Origin: an uncultured Oligoflexus sp.
GTDB taxonomy: Bacteria > Bdellovibrionota_B > Oligoflexia > Oligoflexales > Oligoflexaceae
Assembly (NCBI GenBank): GCA_964236955.1
Contig: CAXSGP010000014.1
Coordinates: 39,810 to 62,276 of the forward strand
Direction: 5' to 3'
DNA: 22,467 bases
Both the position numbers and the translations under genes were made by a program. Position 1 is the first letter of the stretch. Every line of letters starts with the position of its first letter. The notes below the pieces were generated by a model. It saw only the letters and a list, made by a program, of their open reading frames with translations, searched no databases and was not told where the DNA came from. Positions 7,388-15,991 of this stretch are shown here, piece by piece.

Positions 7388-10225
7388 CTAAAGCAAAACA
7401 TTCGACGCTAGGAACAATTCCGTCTTGCTGCCCTTCTCGATGGAAAGTCTGGCTACCCAACGCGCGCCTAAGGTCAGGGGGGCCTTGCGTAGAAATAAGG
7501 TCTCAAAAAGCATTTCCAGGCCCGCACTCTTCAATTCCGCCGTCTTCTGCTGAAGTTCCGTGTGGGTATAATCAAAGAAAAGATTGGAGTCGATCCGCTT
7601 CAAAAAGATCCAGCCGAAGCCGTTGGCATCGGGGTAGGCCAAGGGGAACGTGTATTCATAGCTTCCCTTTGCAAAGCGTTGTGCATACTCATAATCGTAG
7701 CCCCGGGAGAAGACATAGGCATTGGAGCCTTCAACACTCTGCTGGGCAAACGATTTGCCGCGGTACTTGCCGAGGTCTCCAGGACGCTCCTCAGCGGATA
7801 TGCTGAATTCCATGCCGTGATTTATCATCAAACCGGGAATGAAGAGGCTGAATTTTCCGTAGGTCTGCCAGGAAGAAAAATCAGGATGATCCTGAGCCTG
7901 ATTGTCCTGATAAAAAGCGTCGAGACTGAAACCTAGCGGGCTGTGTCGTTCCCGAAAACGCTTCGTTTTAAGGTAGGCAAAGCTGTATTCGACCGAATGA
8001 GTGAAGAGCTGATCATCACTCAGATTGAATAAATCAGGGCTACGGTGTAAGCCGGCCTTGAGGAAACCATAGCTAAGACTAAGGCTCTGCCAGCCCTCAT
8101 AAAGGCCATACGTAAAGCTATAGGGAAGGCTGACAGCCAAGGCGGCTCCTGTCTCATCCCATTCAATAGTTTCATGGGTCACTGGGTCTTCGGATTTCCG
8201 TTTGCTATAGCCAGCCTTCAAAGAGAAAATTGGATAGTACTTCAACAAATCAAACTGGAGATGGCTATAGGGCTGTTTTTCCTCCCCATCCCTGCCGACT
8301 GCCAGTGAACCATGGAAGGTGTTCAGGTAGTTGGCCGAACTCAGTGAGAGAAAGAGGCCACGACCTCCAAAAAATGTCCACGAATGAGGCAAAATACCAG
8401 CGGTCATTTCCGAGTAGTCCTCGACAGGCGTCGTCCTTTTATTGATCATTGCCTCGTAGTTATCAATAGGGACCGGCTTGCTTTCCTGGAAGTCGTCAGA
8501 GGGAGTGTGGCCAATGTAGGCAAAGCTTTGGAGACTCTCAGCTGACAAGACTTTGCAATCGAGATTTTGGTGGACAATTCTCGTGCCATCCGCAACTTCA
8601 CGCGCATAAAGCAGTAAAGCCCCCTTCGCAAATGGCCTATATGCCGCAATAGGTTCATTTGTGCAGACTGCCAATCGCTTGGAGGCGACATCAAGTCTGA
8701 TGATTTGAACTTTGCCGTTTAGGTCCGCTTCGAAAAAGAGTTTCTGGCCGGAAAGATTCAGCGCATAGATATTATCGCGAGTACGATTCATTAGGGTACG
8801 GATACTCTTAGTTCCCAATTCGATTTCGGCGATACTTTTGTAACCTTCGTGGTCCTGCAGGATTGCATAGATATGATTTTTGTCTTTCCAAACGGCCTCG
8901 TTGACCGTCTGCTGGCCGAAATTCAGTTGCTGTTTCTTTCGCCCTTTGAAATCGAGGACGCTTAATTCCCACTCGCTGTTTTTGTTCGCTTCAACAGCCA
9001 AAATCTCGTCGCCATCAGGGCTCAGCTGCGGGTGATAGTAGCGACCATTCTCGCTGATGCGTTGGGTTTTCCCCTTGCCCAGATCATAGACGAAGACATC
9101 GCTATACTCTCTGTATTGGAAGCGGGAATCGCTCGCGATCTCCGTATAGACAAATTTATTGTGTTTGACATCGACTCGCGAAAAGGCGGGTGTAAGCTTA
9201 AACTCATGAATCAGCCTTTCGCCTGCGGAGTCGCTGGCATAGAGTCCCCAGTAGCTGTCCAGATTTTTTTTCAAATAGTAAAGTTTGCCCCCGTCCATCA
9301 TGGGGTAATCGTAATTTACGTAAGGACTGTGTTTTGAACTAGGCCTAGTAGTGAAGTCTCGAGCCCATTCCTTTTCCAGTTCCGCCATGGTCTCGTTATA
9401 AAATTCTTCGAAATTCTTGCCAGTCACATTTTGGAATTGATTGGTGATGGCATAGGGATTGAGCGGAAACCTCGAGACCTGTGCCATGATTTTTTTCCAA
9501 ACGTCGGGGCCATAAAGCTTATAAGCGCGAGTTATCAGAAAATAGCCATAGACGTAGTGGTTTGGGAGATTGGTGTTGTATGATCCCGCAAGGAATGCAT
9601 CATAGGATGGGGTCTGGGCGCTGGTCAACAGCGCCTTAAGCCGCGCAGGAAAACGTGGGGAACGGCCGCGGCCCCCGTCGGTATAGGTAGTCTCGGCCCA
9701 AACCGCGTCGCCTTCAAAGAACCAAGGAGGCACGCCCATGCCTATGGCGAACTCCTGGCCTTTCTCTCCGAAAAGATAGTAAATCAGTTTTGTAGTCTTC
9801 TGGTTGAGATAATCAAACTGATTCACATGCCGGTACTCATGGATCGACAGGGCTTGGTAGAAATTGAGGCTACCGATAAAGGGCGAATTCGAATAGGCAT
9901 TAAACCATTCGCTACGCCTGGGTGATAAGGTTACAAAGCCATTGGGATTTGCGGTTTCCGGACGCATGACGATGATGATCTGTTCCGGCTTCTCGATGCC
10001 GTAGCTCTCGCCAGCGACATGCGAATAGTGTTCAATAAGATTGATAACGTTGTTGGCCGATTCCTCCAGGTAGTCGGGGAAAACCACACGCGCATAGGGA
10101 CTGGTGATGCTCCGCCAGCGAATTGATGACGAGCTTTGCTTAAGATCGAGGTTGACCTTCTCCTGAGCAGACAAGCAGGGCATGAGCATAAGAATTGCAA
10201 ACAAAACTCCAAAAGCAATCTTCAT
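7388..10225 (-). CDS. Exported 945-aa protein: gluzincin-type Zn-peptidase domain, TolB/PD40-like beta-propeller, probable C-terminal Omp85-like beta-barrel
   Basis: Signal peptide; HEYRH (9841-9827) plus PWFFEG third ligand; propeller repeats such as YYHPQLSPDG; C-terminal aromatic amphipathic strands with SRGY, YTFPL.YPD, LFFDY and SAGLE. Confidence 0.75.
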   Translation of the reverse strand: MKIAFGVLFAILMLMPCLSAQEKVNLDLKQSSSSIRWRSITSPYARVVFPDYLEESANNVINLIEHYSHVAGESYGIEKPEQIIIVMRPETANPNGFVTLSPRRSEWFNAYSNSPFIGSLNFYQALSIHEYRHVNQFDYLNQKTTKLIYYLFGEKGQEFAIGMGVPPWFFEGDAVWAETTYTDGGRGRSPRFPARLKALLTSAQTPSYDAFLAGSYNTNLPNHYVYGYFLITRAYKLYGPDVWKKIMAQVSRFPLNPYAITNQFQNVTGKNFEEFYNETMAELEKEWARDFTTRPSSKHSPYVNYDYPMMDGGKLYYLKKNLDSYWGLYASDSAGERLIHEFKLTPAFSRVDVKHNKFVYTEIASDSRFQYREYSDVFVYDLGKGKTQRISENGRYYHPQLSPDGDEILAVEANKNSEWELSVLDFKGRKKQQLNFGQQTVNEAVWKDKNHIYAILQDHEGYKSIAEIELGTKSIRTLMNRTRDNIYALNLSGQKLFFEADLNGKVQIIRLDVASKRLAVCTNEPIAAYRPFAKGALLLYAREVADGTRIVHQNLDCKVLSAESLQSFAYIGHTPSDDFQESKPVPIDNYEAMINKRTTPVEDYSEMTAGILPHSWTFFGGRGLFLSLSSANYLNTFHGSLAVGRDGEEKQPYSHLQFDLLKYYPIFSLKAGYSKRKSEDPVTHETIEWDETGAALAVSLPYSFTYGLYEGWQSLSLSYGFLKAGLHRSPDLFNLSDDQLFTHSVEYSFAYLKTKRFRERHSPLGFSLDAFYQDNQAQDHPDFSSWQTYGKFSLFIPGLMINHGMEFSISAEERPGDLGKYRGKSFAQQSVEGSNAYVFSRGYDYEYAQRFAKGSYEYTFPLAYPDANGFGWIFLKRIDSNLFFDYTHTELQQKTAELKSAGLEMLFETLFLRKAPLTLGARWVARLSIEKGSKTELFLASNVLL

Positions 10226-10391
10226 AAGGCTCTCTTGTGATTGGATTGAAAATCCGTTTAACTCAATCCGCAGCCTGGCGAAGGTGATGCCGAGGTCTTA
10301 AAATAGCATTCTTTTGCCAATGTGAAAAGCTTGAGCTTCTTTGGAGTTTATTTGCCAGCAAAGTCGAAACGGGATCTAGCGATTGCTAGGC

Positions 10392-12449
10392 TCAGTCCTT
10401 GACCTTCAAGATGCCAAGGCCATTTTTCCTGAGCGCGTGGAAACAAGGAACGATTTGAGATCGGGGCTTTAAGGAACGAACCCTTGCTTTTTGGTTGGTG
10501 TTAAGCATCGGGTTTGAGCCAGAATGAATTTGAGCAGTCGGTGCTGGGGTTTGAGCTATCAGGGAAACAAGACTTTCCCAGTCCGGCTTCATTTGCGAGA
10601 TTAGAGAATTGGCCTTATTTTTATAAGCGTGAGCTAAAATTTCCATATCAGCATTGCGAGCGCGGTAGCAGGTGTCGGGATGGGCATCATTCAGGGGACC
10701 CCACGGTTTTATGATCGCATTGCCATTTTCATCTTTCCATCCATTAGCGCGCTGTTTTTCGCAGATATCTTTTTCCTGTCCTTGAAGTCCATTGATAAAA
10801 CTCGTTCCGATTGCTCTCGAATCTAATCCTACTAGATTCATCCACTCACCCGCGAGGTCATCTGCTTCCTCTTCAAAAGAGTAATATCCCAGTCCTTTTT
10901 CCTTGGCTTGATCATAGATGGATTGCAAACTATCGTGCAACGCAAGAATCTGCTTGTTTAAGCTTACGAGTTGAGATTGATTATCAAAAAAATTCTTAGC
11001 TTTTGCTTCGTTAAACTCACGTTCCGCCAATCCATCAACAAGCTTAGTTGCCGTTTTAATATAATCTCCGAAAGTTCCGCCCATAAAGGGAACTTCCGGC
11101 ATGTCTATATATAGAGAGTTACTACTTTCCAATCGATTAAAGGCCTCTGTCGTTGAAAGAGTCCAACTGCCTGCCGAAACCGCGGCAGGATCGACTATTT
11201 TAATCTGATCGAGACAGGCAAGCGCCGCTTTTTCAAACCTTAGATAATTCATTGTATTTGCTTCACTTTCCTTAGCTGTAAAGCCATAGGGAAACTCTTG
11301 TAAAAAGGAATGCTGGGAGCCCGCCAGCGAGTCAGCATTTAAGCAAATTTTGCACTTCTCTGTACCTTCCGCATCCTTTGGACAGTATTCCGTCACAGCG
11401 CTGGACACTGCCCCCGATATACCGCTTAAAAAGGAACCGTGCGCGGACTGCCCTGCCATAGTCTTATACACGAAGGGCAGGGCGATTGAAACTTTGTCAG
11501 AGACGGTGTTGAAAGAATCCGTCGCTTCTTTGGACTGGCGGTTTTTGAGTTCAATAGCTTCACTTATGCTTCTGTCTTCAGGTGATACTGTCGGCGCTGA
11601 CGACGAGTTTTGCTCTGATAAGTTAAAGAAGTAGTTAAGGCTTCTTCTAAGGACAAGTCCATGGGCTTTGTAGTAGTGACCGAGTTCGTGATAGAGGATG
11701 CCGATCACACTTTCTTCCGCGTTATTTTTAACTAGCCCAGTAAAAATAGTAACATTTGGAGACCTTGGATTGATTAAGAACAACTTGACTTTGTCTGGGC
11801 CGGATGCCTCTAACATAGAGGGCTCCATTTCACACCCATTTCCAGCTTTGAGCAAGAAATTGTCACCCTGACTTTTAGATAAAATCATCTTGCATTTTTG
11901 ACTGTAGCCATTGAGATTATTCACATAGGCCAGGAGTTGAGCATAGGTCGCTTTTTGCATTCTAGCTTTGATATCTCCAAGCCCAACCCCCGATTCATCG
12001 AAGGCCACCTCACGGAAGGATTTTTTTTCAATCAACTCTTTATAATTGATTGGAATGTTCTCATAGAAGACATTGCTAAACACTATGGGAGCACCCGCAA
12101 CAAAAGCATTCTCGGTATCAGCCTGCACGAGCATGATCCGGGGATGGGGAATGTGGTCAAAGACATCAGGATATCGATCACGCAACATTGCATCAAGGGT
12201 ATCGGCCCAGTGCTGCAGGCGCTTGACCAAGGGGTGGCTCTTTTCATAGACTGTGACATTCTCCGCCCCGCTCTCGAGAGAAGGAGTGAGAGTGTTTGCG
12301 ACATATTCCTGATCGTCCTGAGTGGTCCAAAAGTACTTCGAATCTGAGCCGATCGGATCTTCCATATCGTGTTTGAGGGACGACTTTTGCACGGATTTAC
12401 AAGCTGCAAAAGAACTTATAAAAAGGAATGCCCAAACCTGACATTTCAT
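10392..12449 (-). CDS. Lipoprotein zinc metallopeptidase, M48-like
   Basis: Lipobox FAAC; ENAFV; IFTGLV; GILYHELGH (11690-11676); EEEADD (10874-10857); HP near the C-terminus; RBS AGGA upstream. Confidence 0.75.
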   Translation of the reverse strand: MKCQVWAFLFISSFAACKSVQKSSLKHDMEDPIGSDSKYFWTTQDDQEYVANTLTPSLESGAENVTVYEKSHPLVKRLQHWADTLDAMLRDRYPDVFDHIPHPRIMLVQADTENAFVAGAPIVFSNVFYENIPINYKELIEKKSFREVAFDESGVGLGDIKARMQKATYAQLLAYVNNLNGYSQKCKMILSKSQGDNFLLKAGNGCEMEPSMLEASGPDKVKLFLINPRSPNVTIFTGLVKNNAEESVIGILYHELGHYYKAHGLVLRRSLNYFFNLSEQNSSSAPTVSPEDRSISEAIELKNRQSKEATDSFNTVSDKVSIALPFVYKTMAGQSAHGSFLSGISGAVSSAVTEYCPKDAEGTEKCKICLNADSLAGSQHSFLQEFPYGFTAKESEANTMNYLRFEKAALACLDQIKIVDPAAVSAGSWTLSTTEAFNRLESSNSLYIDMPEVPFMGGTFGDYIKTATKLVDGLAEREFNEAKAKNFFDNQSQLVSLNKQILALHDSLQSIYDQAKEKGLGYYSFEEEADDLAGEWMNLVGLDSRAIGTSFINGLQGQEKDICEKQRANGWKDENGNAIIKPWGPLNDAHPDTCYRARNADMEILAHAYKNKANSLISQMKPDWESLVSLIAQTPAPTAQIHSGSNPMLNTNQKARVRSLKPRSQIVPCFHALRKNGLGILKVKD

Positions 12450-12483
12450 CTTAACATCCTAAATTTATTAAAAACCACGGTAT

Positions 12484-12720
12484 GTGTCATTGTATCAGAA
12501 AGTTTTTGAGGCTCATAGGAGATGCCGCCAAAGCGTTCTCAACCTTTATGATGAAGTCCTCAGTCCTGATGACTTGGTATTTGCCATCGACGATACCTCC
12601 AATCCCTGCTATGGCAAGACGATCTTTGCCTGCAGGCGTTGGGATAATCATGGTGGGGGATATTTCGGCTAGAAGATCTTGGTGTTTGTTCTGGTCGATA
12701 GGGAGCGGAATATCGCGCTT
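12484..12720 (+). pseudogene. Fragment of an IS701/IS4-like DDE transposase
   Basis: LVFAIDDTSNPCYGK...W...GGYFG*KILVFVLVD...IAL. First catalytic Asp motif, with the frame continuing through an in-frame TAG (12670-12672). Both ends are missing. Family assigned from remembered motifs. Confidence 0.65.
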
Positions 12721-12927
12721 CGTGAGGGCCGTTTCCATGAAAAGGCGTCTCGCCCAACCTGGTCCCAAATCCAAAGTATTCTAAAGACGGGCGCCACAAG
12801 TCTTTCTATTATATTGCCGGCAAGTACTCCAGCTATAGTCGGTCCCGGGCTGGCGAGGAAAGGGACGGGTTTGGCTGCTGGTGAAAGCCGACCGCCATGA
12901 TCCGGGCCAAGCGAGGTAAGTGGCCCT

Positions 12928-13048
12928 TTATTCAACTTCCGCTTGATTTCAATGTATTGTTTAGAACCGAGAGTGGTGCTCCACCTCCAGTCAAAAGGCA
13001 TTAGGTCCGACTCCAAAACATTGGCTTCCCATAATATTGCTGAATTTC
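12928..13048 (-). pseudogene. tnpA: C-terminal remnant of an IS200/IS605 Y1 transposase TnpA
   Basis: EIQQYYGKPMFWSRT*CLLTGGGAPLSVL, then after frameshifts KQYIE and QAEVE*. Matches the TnpA consensus W-S-x-S-Y...GGAP...KQYIENQ containing the catalytic Tyr. Confidence 0.8.
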
Positions 13049-13067
13049 CCCGCCCAAACATGAAAAT

Positions 13068-13106
13068 CCACCTATAGCGTTCGACGCTATAGGTGGTAGT
13101 AGTTCA
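13068..13106 (-). repeat. Perfect 13-bp hairpin resembling an IS200/IS605 end; may also act as the GH30 terminator
   Basis: CCACCTATAGCGT-TCG-ACGCTATAGGTGG (13068-13096). On the minus strand it is preceded by TGAACTACTA and followed by ATTTTC. Confidence 0.7.
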
Positions 13107-13158
13107 TCCCCACGTCTCATCGAGGCTTTCAGGAAAGTTGAGCGATCCATCCCACTTT

Positions 13159-15081
13159 TCAGCGGTAAACATGAACGTCGGCGACGCTCCACCAGTTGTC
13201 GGCGGTACCTGTATTGACGACGCGAAGACAGCGGGCCATTCGATGACCGCCATCAATCGTCGTGAGCTGGCCGGTGCCATGACCAGAGCTTACCAGGTTC
13301 CAGTCAGAGCAATCGTCGCTCGCATACAGTGCCCAGCTACGGGCGTAATCATTCATGCTTGCGCCGCTATCGAGCACGATTTGTTTGATGCTGGTTTTGC
13401 TTTCGAGATTGATCTGCAGGTACTGTCCCGGGACCTGTCCGGTGCCAGTCGTCCATCGGCTTAAGGCATCGTTATCGACGAGCGCTGCCGGATTATCACC
13501 CATTGGCCAGACCACTGCACCAGCATGGGAAAGGTCGACTGAATCGAAGCTATTGCGTAACGCGCTGTGTGCGGGCCAGACGAATGTCGCGAGCGATCCC
13601 CCCGGAAGTGTATAATCAAAGGAGTAGTCTCCTACGGAGACCGCAAAGCTGCGGGCTGCATCGTTTTGATTGTGCACTACCAGAACGGTAGAACCGTCCG
13701 GGTTGCGGAAGGCAACGTCCATTATTTGGCCATTCCAACCCGTGGTTCCGTAGGAGCTACTTGCAATGCGTCGCGCTCCTGGCCGCACGAACTTGCTTGC
13801 GTGCCCAAGCGTGTAATATTCTGCATTGAGAGTGACGGTGCCGTTCGAATCAATCGTGATCACGCCCGTGCAGGTATCACAGCCACCATTGTGTGGTCCC
13901 CCTTGCGGGTCAAGAGCCAGGTTCCAGTTTACAACCGACTTCGCCCAATTGCGGGTGGTGCCGATTATGATATTGCGGGCGTGCCATTTAATTGTCTCCG
14001 CAAAGTTCTTCTCGGATGAATCATTCGAATTGTAAATGCCGGAGCACTCGGTAAACCAAATCCCTTTCTCAGGGAAAGCATCGTGAAGCGTAGTTTGTGC
14101 ACTCGGGTCGCCGAAATAGCAGTGAAAACCCGTGCCTGCGACCCACTTCGCCGCCGGGCTCGATAGGATATCGGCGGCATAGTTCGGCTCTGGATCGCGG
14201 CCCGGAGGCGTATCGGCGAGATCATCGGGATGGACTGACCAGTTGTGATCATAACCCAGAATCTCGGTCGTAAGTCCCGCGTTCTGTAGCGCGGGTCCGA
14301 GTCTGGAGATCATGCGCACCTGGTCAGCCACCGGCATATCCATACCGGGATAGGCTTTGGGAGTGCGATTCTGCGGCTCATTCTGAACGGTCACGTAATT
14401 CACAGGCACGCCGGCCGCCTGGTAGGCCTTGATAAATCGCACGAAGTACTGGGCGTAGGTCTCGTAGATGCGATCGTCATCCTTTAGCCGCCCACCGACA
14501 AGCGACTCGTTGGTCTTCATCCACGCGGGTGGGCTCCACGGAGTGGCGAACACCTTCAGCTGTGGGTTAAGGGCCCGCGCCTGCAGGAGAAGCGGCAGGA
14601 TTTGAGCTGAGTCGTGAGCGACTGTGAAATTCCTGAGTTGGAAGTCGGTGGTCCCTGCCGGTACATCGTCGTACGTATAATGCTGGCCGGCAACGAAGTC
14701 AGAAGCGCCCATGGGTTGGCGAAGAAAGCTTAAACCGATTCCGTTCTTGGGATCGAAGAGCGATTGCATGACTTTAGCACGCTGGGCGCTCGGTAGCCTG
14801 CTCAACAGGAAGGCGGAGCCGTCGGTGAGCGATGCGCCGAACCCATCCATCTCTTGATAACTGCGGCTGGGGTCTACAGTAATAGTCAGAGCGTCACTAC
14901 CACCGGCGGTGAATACGACATCGGCCCGGCGGTTGAGTTGTTCGCTGCGGTCGAGTGTTGTGACCCATACCTGTGCGGTCGGCTGATTCTGCTCCGTAGT
15001 GCTGCTGACGGCCGTCGCAAACGGAGTGTAAGCGAGGAGCGCGGCGCAGACTACACCAGCGCGGAAAGTGAAAGAAATCAT
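13159..15081 (-). CDS. Secreted GH30 glycoside hydrolase (glucosylceramidase/endo-beta-1,6-glucanase-like) with C-terminal F5/8 type C (CBM32) domain
   Basis: Signal peptide; YQEMDGFGASLTD; LRQPMGASDF; PWSPPAWMK; acid/base TVQNEP; YDHNW; nucleophile WFTECS; WNLALD; GHASKFVRPGA; discoidin motifs SRWTTG, LQINL and WSVAD. Confidence 0.93.
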   Translation of the reverse strand: MISFTFRAGVVCAALLAYTPFATAVSSTTEQNQPTAQVWVTTLDRSEQLNRRADVVFTAGGSDALTITVDPSRSYQEMDGFGASLTDGSAFLLSRLPSAQRAKVMQSLFDPKNGIGLSFLRQPMGASDFVAGQHYTYDDVPAGTTDFQLRNFTVAHDSAQILPLLLQARALNPQLKVFATPWSPPAWMKTNESLVGGRLKDDDRIYETYAQYFVRFIKAYQAAGVPVNYVTVQNEPQNRTPKAYPGMDMPVADQVRMISRLGPALQNAGLTTEILGYDHNWSVHPDDLADTPPGRDPEPNYAADILSSPAAKWVAGTGFHCYFGDPSAQTTLHDAFPEKGIWFTECSGIYNSNDSSEKNFAETIKWHARNIIIGTTRNWAKSVVNWNLALDPQGGPHNGGCDTCTGVITIDSNGTVTLNAEYYTLGHASKFVRPGARRIASSSYGTTGWNGQIMDVAFRNPDGSTVLVVHNQNDAARSFAVSVGDYSFDYTLPGGSLATFVWPAHSALRNSFDSVDLSHAGAVVWPMGDNPAALVDNDALSRWTTGTGQVPGQYLQINLESKTSIKQIVLDSGASMNDYARSWALYASDDCSDWNLVSSGHGTGQLTTIDGGHRMARCLRVVNTGTADNWWSVADVHVYR

Positions 15082-15199
15082 GTTGACTCCCTACTGGGGT
15101 TAATTTCGATTCGTGCAAAAATCAGCGAATTGACATTAACAAAATGATTTATTCTGTTCGTTTTGCAAGCGTCCTGGAATTGGACGGTCTAAGTTTTTA

Positions 15200-15214
15200 T
15201 GCAAACGATTTACA
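15200..15214. promoter_or_regulatory. Possible LacI-family operator upstream of the GH30 gene
   Basis: Near-palindrome TGCAAACGATTTACA with central CG, about 120 bp upstream of the start; related half-site TGCAAGCG at 15164-15171. Confidence 0.35.
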
Positions 15215-15417
15215 GATTTCATCTAAATTTGTCGTGGTGTCCTAATAAACAACTTCGGCCTGCAAAGTATTTTTGTCAATAGCTTTTGGATCAGCCTACT
15301 ATTTTTTTCCCGTCGCCTTACAGCTTTCTGTTGAGGATCCGCTCTTGTTTAAAGCACGCTAACGGCTTCGGCTATGGCCGAGCGATCAATTGGGAAAAAA
15401 ATACGCCCTGTGCTTTT

Positions 15418-15904
15418 GTAACTATTCAGCAAGCGGCAGATGCAAAGGCCAGGACGGTGCGAACGTAGGCCGCTACCGGGCGATAGGCGCCCAGCTTGAT
15501 TCCTATTGTTGTGTCGCCCATTCGCGGTCTATTTTCGCAACTGATTTTTTTATTCCAGCGTAACGAGAAACTCCGGGATTCGCCCTGAGAACAGGGTCTC
15601 CAGGGCCTTAGTCGGTGTGATGGCGTGCTTTCGGCAAGTTAAAAGTAAGTTCTCACTCGGCCAAAGATTTGTGCTCCTTCCAAGGATCGAAAACAACCAG
15701 AGGTCCAAGCTAAGTGAGAAGCAGGTTGAGACGACTAGGAGCAGCTTCGTCATCACACGGACCTGGGGCGCGATGGATTTATCATCGCGCAGAATGGAAT
15801 GTACGCAGTTGATCGTTTCACTAATATTGATTCTTTTCGATTGTCATAATGCTGCGGATCTTCTTGGTCTGAAAGCAATATAACTAGCTTTCTCCACATA
15901 GTTC
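15418..15904 (-). mobile_element. Internally deleted, frameshifted IS66-family element (single-ORF type)
   Basis: Terminal repeat GTAACTATTCAGC at 15418-15430. Transposase C-terminus SGCFRSLEGAQIFGRVRTY/LLTCRKHAITPTKALETLFSGRIPEFL (15701-15550) is fused to the N-terminus MTIEK/INISETINCVHSILRDDKSIAPQVRVMTKLLLVV/NLLLT*LG (15847-15702). The other end, near 15904, is degenerate and uncertain. Confidence 0.82.
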
Positions 15905-15991
15905 AAAGCACCTTGAAAATACGGGGGCGGCAGATTAAACTCGTTTTTTAAAGAACTTTACCTTTGTATAAGATCAAGGAAAGGAAGCACG

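Noticed and set aside
6262..7401. 379-aa antisense ORF
   Set aside because: Shadow of pgi with no recognisable motifs.
12760..12875. Minus-strand DYSWSTCRQY preceded by KPV, resembling the RAYT transposase NPV...DYxWSS motif
   Set aside because: Needs a frameshift and rests on a few residues; a BLASTx/HMM hit to Y1 transposases would be required.
12669..13061. 130-aa minus-strand ORF as a real gene
   Set aside because: It crosses the tnpA remnant mostly out of frame and overlaps the DDE fragment; a chance read-through of mosaic debris.
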